Shown here piece after piece: positions 9,850 through 18,037 of a DNA stretch of 64,000 nucleotides; position 1 is the first letter of the stretch, and every line of letters starts with the position of its first letter. The translations under genes and the position numbers were made by a program. Origin of the DNA: Myxococcota bacterium (GTDB taxonomy: Bacteria > Myxococcota_A > Polyangia > Polyangiales > Houyiibacteriaceae); the NCBI GenBank assembly GCA_039030295.1, contig JBCCEK010000003.1, positions 180 through 64,179 on the forward strand, read 5' to 3'. The notes under the pieces are model-generated. The model saw only the letters and a list, made by a program, of their open reading frames with translations, did not search any database and was not told where the DNA came from.

Positions 9850-10383
9850 ATGCTTTCATGGCTCATCCGACGCAAAATAGACGGCTTTGAAGAAGAGTAC
9901 GCCTACGACATGGACTACATGCGAACGCTGCTAGACACGAGTCTCGACGCCACCCTGCGCTTCCACAAGGCCACCGGGCTCGGCGAGTTCCGTGAGGGCT
10001 TGCCCGACGACGTTTGGCATGCCGCGCGGATCCTCGCATCGCGCCGCGAGGACTGCGGTCCCTGTACGCAACTCGTCAGCACCATGGCGGAGCGATCGGG
10101 CGTCCCCGCTGCCGTCATCCGGGGCGCGTTGCGTGGAGAGTACGATCACCTTTCGGCCGATGTTCAGCTGAGCTTGGCTTTCGTCGATGCCGTTCTCGAC
10201 CGCGACGTCTCCGCCGATGCCCTCAGGTCTCGCGTCGTCGAGCGCTTCGGTGATCGAGGCCTGGTAAGCTTGGCATTCGCAATGCTCTCGGTGCGTCTCT
10301 ACCCGACCTTGAAGTATACGCTCGGCTACGGGCACACTTGCTCCGTCGTGCGCGTGGCCGGTGAGCCCGTTCCGACGCCTTAG
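9850..10383 (+). CDS. Carboxymuconolactone-decarboxylase/AhpD-like (COE-type) protein
   Basis: Start moved to ATG 9850 (MLSWLIRRK...). CGPC (CxxC) motif. Its position immediately upstream of an ECF41 sigma factor is the conserved COE context. Confidence 0.5.
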   Translation: MLSWLIRRKIDGFEEEYAYDMDYMRTLLDTSLDATLRFHKATGLGEFREGLPDDVWHAARILASRREDCGPCTQLVSTMAERSGVPAAVIRGALRGEYDHLSADVQLSLAFVDAVLDRDVSADALRSRVVERFGDRGLVSLAFAMLSVRLYPTLKYTLGYGHTCSVVRVAGEPVPTP

Positions 10384-10392
10384 GAGTCCCCG

Positions 10393-11286
10393 TTGACGCA
10401 AGACGCAGACGTACCCGAACACGAGCTCTTCGAGTCGAACCGGAAGCACCTGACGGCGCTTGCGTATCGAATGACGGGTTCGCTCGCCGAAGCCGAGGAC
10501 ATCGTTCAGGAGGCGTATCTACGTTGGAAGCGATCGGGTGCGGATACCGTCCGCCACCCGCGCGCGTTCCTTTCAAAGACCGTCACCCGCCTGTGCCTCG
10601 ACTTCCTCAAGTCGGCGAGAAAGCGTCGCGAGAGCTATGTGGGCCCCTGGCTCCCTGAGCCCCTCGTGGGCTCGGTCGCGGCACCCGACAGTGACGCGGG
10701 TGAACTTGCCCGGGATGTCTCGACGGCGCTCATGCTTGCGCTTGAACGACTCACCCCACTCGAGCGCGCCGTGTTCCTTCTACGCGAGGTGTTCGACGTC
10801 GACTACCAAGACGTCGCCGGGACCGTCGGGCGAAGCGAGGACGCTTGCCGACAGCTCGTGTCGCGCGCCAAGAAGAACATCGCGGCGGCCCGCCCGCGTT
10901 ATCAGCCCAGTCGAGACGAGTGCGAGCGTGTCGTCGAAGCCTTTGGCGCTGCAGTCATCACTGGCGACCTGACGCAACTCGAGGCGACCCTTGCCGACGA
11001 TGCGATTCTGTACGCGGACGGGGGAGGGCGTGTTCGATCGGCACTTCGACCGATCCATGGTGCAAACCGGATCGCTCGGTTCTTCATCGGGGTCACCAAG
11101 AAGTCGCCGTTCTCGAGTGACATGCAAGTCTTGCCCCGGCTGGTCAACGGTTCGCCGGGCTTCGTGATCGTCGACGCCGGCGAGGTCGTTCAGACCATGG
11201 CGTTCGAAGTCACAGAAGGTCGTGTCCGAACCATCTACGCCGTGCGCAATCCGGACAAACTGGCGCGGCTGTCTGTCCTGTCGTAG
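10393..11286 (+). CDS. ECF41-group (SigJ-like) RNA polymerase sigma factor with fused C-terminal regulatory domain
   Basis: Sigma-2 region LTALAYRMTGSLAEAEDIVQEAYLRW, and sigma-4 region with LTPLERAVFLLREVF. The roughly 100-aa C-terminal extension carries the DGGG and NPDKL motifs described for ECF41. TTG start lies 9 nt after the upstream stop. Confidence 0.85.
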   Translation: MTQDADVPEHELFESNRKHLTALAYRMTGSLAEAEDIVQEAYLRWKRSGADTVRHPRAFLSKTVTRLCLDFLKSARKRRESYVGPWLPEPLVGSVAAPDSDAGELARDVSTALMLALERLTPLERAVFLLREVFDVDYQDVAGTVGRSEDACRQLVSRAKKNIAAARPRYQPSRDECERVVEAFGAAVITGDLTQLEATLADDAILYADGGGRVRSALRPIHGANRIARFFIGVTKKSPFSSDMQVLPRLVNGSPGFVIVDAGEVVQTMAFEVTEGRVRTIYAVRNPDKLARLSVLS

Positions 11287-11308
11287 CGCGGCTCCCTGTT
11301 TCGGCGCG

Positions 11309-13078
11309 CTAGGGAGCGGCGCCGGGGAGGAAGGCGCCGAACTCGATCGCTTTGCTGACGTCTCCGTTCACACGCAGTTTGCCTTGCACGAACGCGATCT
11401 GCGGATCGAGGTGACCGCGGGTGATTTGTGCCAGGTGTTCGTCGCGAATGGTCAGGGTGGCGTCTGGTCCGCTTGCCTTGCCTTGTGTGACCGATTTCTC
11501 GGAAACGTCGACGACCCAGTCTTGGGCATTGTCTCCCGTGATCTCGAACTGAAAGGTCCCTGTCGTGGGCGAGCCTTCGCTGGGATTCGCCAACGCCGAC
11601 TGGACGCTTTCGAAGAAGCTCGCCATCTCCTCGGCCGAGACCGTCGACTTCGGCTTTCCGTTGGTGGGCTGCGTTGCGCGAAACCGGAGCACGTCTGCCT
11701 CGAGCTCGTTGGCTGACTCGCGCAGGTAGCGCGCGAAGGTGTCGATATCCGGCATGACTTCGGGGCACGAAGTCGGGCTGATCGACAACACGCCGTTGTA
11801 GCTCAAGACGGTGATCAACAGGCTCATCCCGTCCATCACGGGCGCCATACCCATGCTCGAAAGAAGCCGGTGCCCTGCCACGTACATGTCGTGCTGAGGG
11901 CCTGGCACGTTCGTGATGACCAGATTAAACGGCGGCCGATGTCGTTCGGCGATTCGGAACCGCGAGTAGAGCCGAGACGCTTGGCCTGCCAGACCAAACG
12001 GCACGAACTCGAACACGTCAGCCATCGTCTGTGCGCCTACGGCGTTCTGGTACGACTTGCCCGATTTCGTGTGTCGCTTGATCTCCTGGATCCGTTCGAT
12101 CGGGTCGGCGATGTCGGTCGCAAGCTGGATCGACATGCCAGAGACCTGGTTTCCCATCTGCCCTCGTTGGCCCTCCGAACGGGTCGAGATCGGAACGAAG
12201 GCGACAAGGGGGTCCGACGGTAGTGCGCCCTTGTCGAGGAGGTAGCGCCGGAGCGCGCCCGCGCAGATCGCCAAGACCGCATCGTTGAGCGTGCAGCCCA
12301 TGGTTTCCTTGATGACCCGAACACGGTCAAACTCGAGGAGCGCGGTGTTCCAACAACGTTCCTGCGAGATCACTTTGTTGAGGGGAGTGTGGGGTGCAGA
12401 GAACGGCGCTGGGGGCACCTCCATACCCTTGATCCGCGCCTCTTTTCCGGCGCGCATCACGTTGGCGAGGTCACGTGCGAGGGCGGGAAGGCGAGCCGGC
12501 TTGCCGGCGATCTTCTTGGCGACTTGCCGAAGGACCGTGAGCTCGTTCGGGGCCGGGTTTGGCTTGCGCGTTTCGGGGGGTTCGACCTTGCGCGGCTCCT
12601 TAGTCATGTCGAACAGGATGCTCATCATGTCCGCGCCGGAGACACCGTCGATCGCGGCATGGTGAACGCGATTGATCATGGCCACGGATCCCGGTGGGAC
12701 CTGCGGGATCTTATCGAGACCCTCGATGAACAGCATGTCCCAAAGAGGCCGCTGTCGATCGAGTGGCATGCTGAAGGTTCGTGCGGCGACCTGTCGAAGT
12801 TGCCGCCAGCCGCCGGGCCGCGGCAGCCCGATGTGTTGGATGTGGCGGTCCAAATTGAAGTCTGGATCGTCGATCCAGTACGGCTTGCCGAGACCCAATG
12901 GCACCATGACGAGGCGCTGCTGCATCCGCGGGACGAGATGGATTCGGGACGCGAGCATCTCTCGGAAATCCTCGAAACGCATCGAGCCTTCGAAGACAAG
13001 CACGCTCCCGACGTGCATGGGCGTGCGCGGGTCTTCCATGTACAGGAACGAGGCATCCATGCCGGACAGGGGCTGCAT
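11309..13078 (-). CDS. Wax ester synthase/diacylglycerol acyltransferase (WS/DGAT) fused to a C-terminal SCP2 sterol-carrier domain
   Basis: Catalytic HHAAIDG (HHxxxDG). N-terminus MQPLSGMDASFLYMEDPRTPMHVG is typical of WS/DGAT. The C-terminal ~100 aa (FQFEITGDNAQDWVVDV...LDPQIAFVQGKLRVNGDVSKAIEF) matches SCP2. Start moved to ATG 13078. Confidence 0.85.
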   Translation of the reverse strand: MQPLSGMDASFLYMEDPRTPMHVGSVLVFEGSMRFEDFREMLASRIHLVPRMQQRLVMVPLGLGKPYWIDDPDFNLDRHIQHIGLPRPGGWRQLRQVAARTFSMPLDRQRPLWDMLFIEGLDKIPQVPPGSVAMINRVHHAAIDGVSGADMMSILFDMTKEPRKVEPPETRKPNPAPNELTVLRQVAKKIAGKPARLPALARDLANVMRAGKEARIKGMEVPPAPFSAPHTPLNKVISQERCWNTALLEFDRVRVIKETMGCTLNDAVLAICAGALRRYLLDKGALPSDPLVAFVPISTRSEGQRGQMGNQVSGMSIQLATDIADPIERIQEIKRHTKSGKSYQNAVGAQTMADVFEFVPFGLAGQASRLYSRFRIAERHRPPFNLVITNVPGPQHDMYVAGHRLLSSMGMAPVMDGMSLLITVLSYNGVLSISPTSCPEVMPDIDTFARYLRESANELEADVLRFRATQPTNGKPKSTVSAEEMASFFESVQSALANPSEGSPTTGTFQFEITGDNAQDWVVDVSEKSVTQGKASGPDATLTIRDEHLAQITRGHLDPQIAFVQGKLRVNGDVSKAIEFGAFLPGAAP

Positions 13079-13197
13079 ACGGACCTCCAAACAACGAATC
13101 AGGGGTTCGACGAGCGTACACCCCACGGCCGGGTCGGCCAAGGGCGGAGATCGAGCGACCTTGCTCCAAGAGCCGCCCGTTGGGGCCGAACCGAGCT

Positions 13198-13965
13198 TCA
13201 GTTGGTGACGTGAATTGCGCCGTCGACCGGTAGGATCACGCCATTGATGAAGGACCCGGCTTCACTTGCGAGCAGGACGGCCGGCCCGGCGAGCTCTTCG
13301 ACTTCCCCGAGTCGCCGGGCGGGCATGGTCTGTACGTAGGCTTGACCCTCGGGTGATTCGAAGAACTCGGCGTTCATCTCGGTCTTGAACCAACCCGGCG
13401 CGATGGCGTTCACGCGGATCCCGTAGCGCATCAGATCGATCGCAAGGGCACGGGTGAGCTGAATCACCGCGCCCTTGGATGCGCAGTAGGCGGACTGTCC
13501 CTTCTGAACGCCCAGCCCGAGGACCGAGGCGATGTTGATGATGCTGCCTGGCTGCTTGGCTTCGATCAGTCGCCGCGAACCTTCCTGAGCTACGTTCCAC
13601 ACCCCCTTGAAGTTGGTGTCCATCACGAAGTCCCTCGACGCCTCGTCGATCTTCGTGAAGCTCTTCGGGTCAGCCACACCCGCGTTGTTGACGATCACGT
13701 CCACGACGCCGACTTCTCCTTGGGCGCGCTCGAAAGCCTCGTCGACGCTGCTTCGGTCCGTCACGTCCATCTTCACGGCGAACGCCTTGCCGCTGGTCGC
13801 CGCGATCTCCGCGACCAGGCCCTCGAGACGCTCGATGCGGCGGGCGGCGACGACGACGGTCGCGCCTGCGGAAGCCATCGCAAGACCGAGACCTCGACCG
13901 ATGCCCGACGATGCGCCGGTGACGAGTGCGACCCTGCCGTTCAATGAGAACCGTGTTCCATCCAT
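13198..13965 (-). CDS. Classical SDR oxidoreductase (FabG/gluconate-5-dehydrogenase-like)
   Basis: VALVTGASSGIGRG, NNAG, and the active site SAYCASK. Start moved to ATG 13965. Confidence 0.85.
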   Translation of the reverse strand: MDGTRFSLNGRVALVTGASSGIGRGLGLAMASAGATVVVAARRIERLEGLVAEIAATSGKAFAVKMDVTDRSSVDEAFERAQGEVGVVDVIVNNAGVADPKSFTKIDEASRDFVMDTNFKGVWNVAQEGSRRLIEAKQPGSIINIASVLGLGVQKGQSAYCASKGAVIQLTRALAIDLMRYGIRVNAIAPGWFKTEMNAEFFESPEGQAYVQTMPARRLGEVEELAGPAVLLASEAGSFINGVILPVDGAIHVTN

Positions 13966-14061
13966 TCGTTGACCTCTTGATCGGATGCTTCGATGCGGTG
14001 GACCGCTGCGCAAGGCCGCGGTCGGTTCGCCGGTCAGGCGTCCGGGGAGACGTCGGACGAA

Positions 14062-14129
14062 CGGGTTTTCGCGGTGTGGGTTGTAAGTTGTTGGAAGCAG
14101 AGTTGTTTTCAGGGGTCGGAGTGACCCCC
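14062..14129 (+). repeat. Copy E of a dispersed intergenic repeat family (GGGTTTTCGCGGTGTGG...GGTCGGAGTGACCCC)
   Basis: It has the same conserved ends as the copies at 59787-59918 and, inverted, at 59538-59724. It overlaps the last 6 codons and the stop of the gene at 14109-14672. Confidence 0.75.
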
Positions 14130-14672
14130 GCATCTCTTGGAGAGGCGGAGCTGGGTGATGACGGCGTGGCCGGGGGTGGTCTTCTGGATGCGTACCGTCC
14201 CGGGAGGGGCGGCATCGGGGTCGGGTGCGTCGTCGTTTTCGGGCTCACCGCGGACGTCGACTTCGACGCGCCAGGACATGCGTTGGAATCCCGAGCGGTC
14301 GACGTCGGCGTCCCATTCCGGGGGTTCGACGCCATCCTCGTCGATCGCGATGGTGACCGAGACGCCAGGATCGACATCCGCGATCAGTTCGATGAGGACG
14401 CAACCGTTGACACGTGTCGCGAACCGCTGCTCCAGGGTGACGGGCGAGCCGATAAGCGCGACCGCCGCGTCTTCTTCGTGCCATGTCGGGACCCGCTCGA
14501 TCTCGCCCTCCACGGTGTCCCATTCGCACAGTTCGTCGCCGCACCAGAACTGAAACCCCGGGTCTTCGACGACGTCGTACTCACAACTGGGCCCCGCGAT
14601 GCCGAAGAAGAGCGGCAGGACGAGGAGCGGGCGGAGACCTCGGCGTACGCTTGCCTTCGCGAGCGTCCTCAT
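14109..14672 (-). CDS. Hypothetical secreted protein
   Basis: Start at ATG 14672 gives the signal MRTLAKASVRRGLRPLLVLPLFFGIAGPSC. It shares an ATGA overlap with the upstream gene's stop (14669-14672). Cys-rich and acidic. No family recognised. Confidence 0.5.
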   Translation of the reverse strand: MRTLAKASVRRGLRPLLVLPLFFGIAGPSCEYDVVEDPGFQFWCGDELCEWDTVEGEIERVPTWHEEDAAVALIGSPVTLEQRFATRVNGCVLIELIADVDPGVSVTIAIDEDGVEPPEWDADVDRSGFQRMSWRVEVDVRGEPENDDAPDPDAAPPGTVRIQKTTPGHAVITQLRLSKRCGGHSDP

Positions 14673-15340
14673 CGGGTCCTCCCGAAATGCGCGCTGATCC
14701 CGACCAGCACGAGTCCACCGCCACTTTGGTGCCGTTGTCCGAACAGGTTCTTGGGCACCGGCGCGAAGACGTACCCCCCGTTCAAGAAAAGGCCGACGTG
14801 CTTGCTCACCATCCCTTCGATTCCGAGCAGCGAGGTGATGTTGTAAGACCACTGAGCATCGCGAAACTCCGTTCGTGGCGCATCCTGACTGAGGCGCGTT
14901 CGAAGGCGGGTGATTGCGACGCTCGAACCAACGCCAAGTTGTGCGTAGGCTCGGAAGCGATCGTTGGGTGTCGGGAACCAGGCGCGACCGTGGATCCCGA
15001 AAGCGAGAGTCGAGAACTTGAAGGAGTCGTCCACGCCGATGCCGGCCGATCGTGCGAAGTTCTGATCGTCAAGCGTGTTGAACTGGAACAGTATCTCGAA
15101 GTATCGACAGACCCGACGACTTGCGGCGACCACGGCGCGGAACCCCGTGCGTGAGTCTCGTGTGTAGCCGAAGTCCTCGAGGGTGCGTATGTAGTCGGAG
15201 GATCGGGTTCGGCCCCAGCCGAACCCAAACTCGAGACCCCACGGCTGACCTTCAGCGAAGTCAGCGCGCGCCGTGTTTGGTCCCGAGTGCAGGCAGGTCG
15301 CAAACACGGCGACAACCAACGCTCGATAAGTCCAAGTCAT
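14669..15340 (-). CDS. Putative outer-membrane beta-barrel protein
   Basis: Signal peptide, alternating hydrophobic beta-strand pattern rich in G/Y/F/R, 223 aa. Translationally coupled to the downstream gene. Confidence 0.55.
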   Translation of the reverse strand: MTWTYRALVVAVFATCLHSGPNTARADFAEGQPWGLEFGFGWGRTRSSDYIRTLEDFGYTRDSRTGFRAVVAASRRVCRYFEILFQFNTLDDQNFARSAGIGVDDSFKFSTLAFGIHGRAWFPTPNDRFRAYAQLGVGSSVAITRLRTRLSQDAPRTEFRDAQWSYNITSLLGIEGMVSKHVGLFLNGGYVFAPVPKNLFGQRHQSGGGLVLVGISAHFGRTR

Positions 15341-15465
15341 GGAATGTAGTCAAGCAAACTACATGCCACCGGAGTTCTCGAATCATTACGGCGCTCGCGT
15401 CGCTACGACCGCGACACGCGATGCAGGGACCGTGACTGACGCGCACTACTCGACGCGAAGCCCGC

Positions 15466-16056
15466 TTACCGTGACGCGGTGTGTCGTTCGATGAGGACGT
15501 GCGCCATTCGCTTCGCCACCGCCGCGCTGTCCGCTTGTCCAGACACCTGCGCCGTGACGGTCGCGCCTTCGAAAAGCAACGCGAGTTCCTCTGCCACCGC
15601 GGCCGGGTTCGAGAGGCCTGCCTCTTCGGCCAAGTCACGGATATAGCCTTGGACCAAGCGCTTGTATTCGATGCATGCGCGCCGCACGGGTGAATCCGCG
15701 GACGAGTGTTCGCCCACGGCATTGACGAACATGCATCCGAAGAAGTCCTTGCTCAGGAACCAGTCGTTCGCGACGTCGAAGATCGCCAGGAGACGGTCCG
15801 TCGGGGCGGAGGCCTTGGCTTCGACCGCCTTGACGAAGTCGTTGCGGAACAAGCCGTCCTTGTGGCGCAGGGCAGCGAGGATGAGCTCGTCCTTCGTTCG
15901 GAAGTATTGATAGAGAGTGCGCTTGCTGATCGCGGCCTCGCGCGCGATTCGGTCGATCCCCGTGGCGTGGAAACCGTGTTCCGCGAACAGGCGGACCGAG
16001 GTGCGCACGAGCTGATCCCTCTTGTTTACCGATCTGTCTACCATAGCAACCCCCAT
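15466..16056 (-). CDS. TetR family transcriptional regulator
   Basis: N-terminal HTH LFAEHGFHATGIDRIAREAAISKRTLYQYF. Start moved to ATG 16056 (alternative 16044). Confidence 0.85.
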   Translation of the reverse strand: MGVAMVDRSVNKRDQLVRTSVRLFAEHGFHATGIDRIAREAAISKRTLYQYFRTKDELILAALRHKDGLFRNDFVKAVEAKASAPTDRLLAIFDVANDWFLSKDFFGCMFVNAVGEHSSADSPVRRACIEYKRLVQGYIRDLAEEAGLSNPAAVAEELALLFEGATVTAQVSGQADSAAVAKRMAHVLIERHTASR

Positions 16057-16208
16057 ACGGGCCTCGGGCTCGGATGCTACGTCACGGATAGAAGAATTTT
16101 GTTTGTAACCCGCGCCGGGGATGGGCATACGAAGCACAAAACAGATCGGTTTACTCAGAGTGAACCGGGGAACGCGGGGCAAGCCCGTACGATTCAAGGA
16201 GACTTCAC

Positions 16209-16661
16209 ATGCTCAGAAAATCACTACTCATCGTCGTCGCGCTCAGTGCGCTCACGGCTTCTTCGGCCTTCGCCTCGAACCACGAGGCGAGCACGGTGGC
16301 GGCCGGCGGGTACGACGTCATCACCTACTTCGACAACAAGCGCCCGGTCCGGGGAAGCGGCCACTTCGTGTCGGAGTACGACGGTGCGACCTATCTCTTC
16401 ACGACCGCAGCCAACAAGAAGAAGTTCGATCGGAACCCGGCGAAGTACGCGCCCGCGTACGGCGGCTTCTGCGCGTATGGTGTATCCGTCGGCAAGAAGT
16501 TCGTCGGCGACCCCGAAGTGTACCGGGTCGTGAACGGCACTCTCTATTTGAACCTCGATGCGGGCGTTCAAGACCTTTGGCTCGCCGACAGCGCGAAGTT
16601 CATCAAGAAGGCCGACAAGCAGTGGCCGCAGATCGTGGACAAGGCTCCCTCCGGGCTCTGA
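16209..16661 (+). CDS. Periplasmic YHS-domain protein
   Basis: Signal peptide, then GGYDVITYF...YLF...NKKKFDRNPAKYAPAYGGFCAYGV, characteristic of the secreted YHS-domain family. Divergent from the TetR gene. Confidence 0.7.
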   Translation: MLRKSLLIVVALSALTASSAFASNHEASTVAAGGYDVITYFDNKRPVRGSGHFVSEYDGATYLFTTAANKKKFDRNPAKYAPAYGGFCAYGVSVGKKFVGDPEVYRVVNGTLYLNLDAGVQDLWLADSAKFIKKADKQWPQIVDKAPSGL

Positions 16662-16682
16662 TCGACGATCGACGAACTCTGG

Positions 16683-16717
16683 CGACGAGGGGCCGGCAAC
16701 CGCCGTGCCCCTCGTCG
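16683..16717. terminator. Candidate bidirectional hairpin terminator between convergent genes
   Basis: Perfect 11-bp inverted repeat CGACGAGGGGC (16683-16693) / GCCCCTCGTCG (16707-16717) with a 13-nt loop, followed by TGCGTTTGG. Located between the YHS stop and the greB stop. Confidence 0.45.
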
Positions 16718-16736
16718 TGCGTTTGGCGCCCCGGTG

Positions 16737-17252
16737 TCACGTCTCTGGCTCGGTATTGCGAACATCGATCACTTCGCAGGTGACGTCTCCTTTGGGGCGG
16801 CGGACCTCGATCTCGTCGCCGACTTCACGGGACAGAAGCGACTTTCCGATCGGCGAGTCCATGCTGATCCAGCCCTTCTTGGCGTCGATCTCGTCGGGGC
16901 CGACGACGCGATACGTTTGCACATGGCCTTCGTCATCCTCAATGGTCACCCAGCTTCCGAAGTAGACGCGTCCGTCATCCGGGGGCTTTTCATCGACGAT
17001 GGTGAGCACGTCGAGGCGTTGCCCGAGGAAGCGAAGCCGGCGGTCGATCGCGGCGAGACGCTGCTTGCTGTACTGGTACTCGGCGTTTTCCGAGCGGTCG
17101 CCCTCGGCCGCTGCGACCTGAACTGCCTTGGCCATCTTGGGACGGTCGACGTTCCACAAACGGTCTGCTTCTTCTTCAAAGCGACGGTAGCCTTCCGGCG
17201 TGATGTAGCCGGGTTTGCCCGAGGTGTCGGGGCGTGTCCTTCGTCGGGTCAT
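16737..17252 (-). CDS. greB: Transcription elongation factor GreB (GreA/GreB family)
   Basis: GYITPEGYRRFEEE...GDRSENAEYQYSKQRLAAIDRRLRFL...ISMDSPIGKSLL closely follows GreB. Start moved to ATG 17252. Confidence 0.8.
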   Translation of the reverse strand: MTRRRTRPDTSGKPGYITPEGYRRFEEEADRLWNVDRPKMAKAVQVAAAEGDRSENAEYQYSKQRLAAIDRRLRFLGQRLDVLTIVDEKPPDDGRVYFGSWVTIEDDEGHVQTYRVVGPDEIDAKKGWISMDSPIGKSLLSREVGDEIEVRRPKGDVTCEVIDVRNTEPET

Positions 17253-17256
17253 CGCG

Positions 17257-18033
17257 CTAGGTGTTGAGCCAGCGCGTGAGCTTGCGCACCATGGCACGCG
17301 GGCTGAACCGGACACTGAACACGCCGATCTTGTTGATCAGCCCCTCGACCGCGACCACGCGGCCGGCCATCATCGCGCGGTACGCGTGTCGTGCCACCCG
17401 CTCGACCGGCGCCGCGCCGAGCTTGAAGAGCACCGACTTCGCGTTCCCGGCCGTGTCCGCGAAGTTCGTGGCCGTGGCGCCAGGGCAGTGCGCGGTCACG
17501 GTTACGCCAGCGCTTCGAACCTCATTCGCGACCCCCTCGGAGAACAAGATGACGAACGACTTGCTCGCATAGTACACCGACATCAGCGGGCCGGGTTGAA
17601 AGCCCGCACTCGACGCGATGTTGAGAATCCGGCCCCTTCCGCGCGCCACCATTCCCTGAAGCGCGAGGTGCGTGAGCGCGACGACGGCGTCGATGTTGAC
17701 CTGAAGCATGTCTCGCTGAGACTTCAGCGACGCGTCTTTGAAAGGCCCGCTGGTACCGAAGCCCGCGTTGTTGACGAGATAGTCGAGCTCGAGGTTCTTG
17801 CTCTCCAGCGTTTCGAAGATCCGCTCGGGGGCGTCGGCAGCGGTGAGGTCGGCCGCGACCACATGCGCCGTCACGCCGTGCTCCCCCTCCAGTTCCGAAG
17901 CGAGGGCTTGGAGTTTGTCTTCGCTCCGCGCCACCAACACGAGATCCTTGCCCTCGGATGCGAAGAGCGTCGCGAGCGATCGACCGATTCCCATCGAGGC
18001 GCCCGTCACCAGCGCCAGTTCTCGTTGACTCAT
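17257..18033 (-). CDS. Classical SDR oxidoreductase
   Basis: LALVTGASMGIGRS, NNAG, YYASK active site, 258 aa. Confidence 0.85.
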   Translation of the reverse strand: MSQRELALVTGASMGIGRSLATLFASEGKDLVLVARSEDKLQALASELEGEHGVTAHVVAADLTAADAPERIFETLESKNLELDYLVNNAGFGTSGPFKDASLKSQRDMLQVNIDAVVALTHLALQGMVARGRGRILNIASSAGFQPGPLMSVYYASKSFVILFSEGVANEVRSAGVTVTAHCPGATATNFADTAGNAKSVLFKLGAAPVERVARHAYRAMMAGRVVAVEGLINKIGVFSVRFSPRAMVRKLTRWLNT

Positions 18034-18037
18034 GTGC

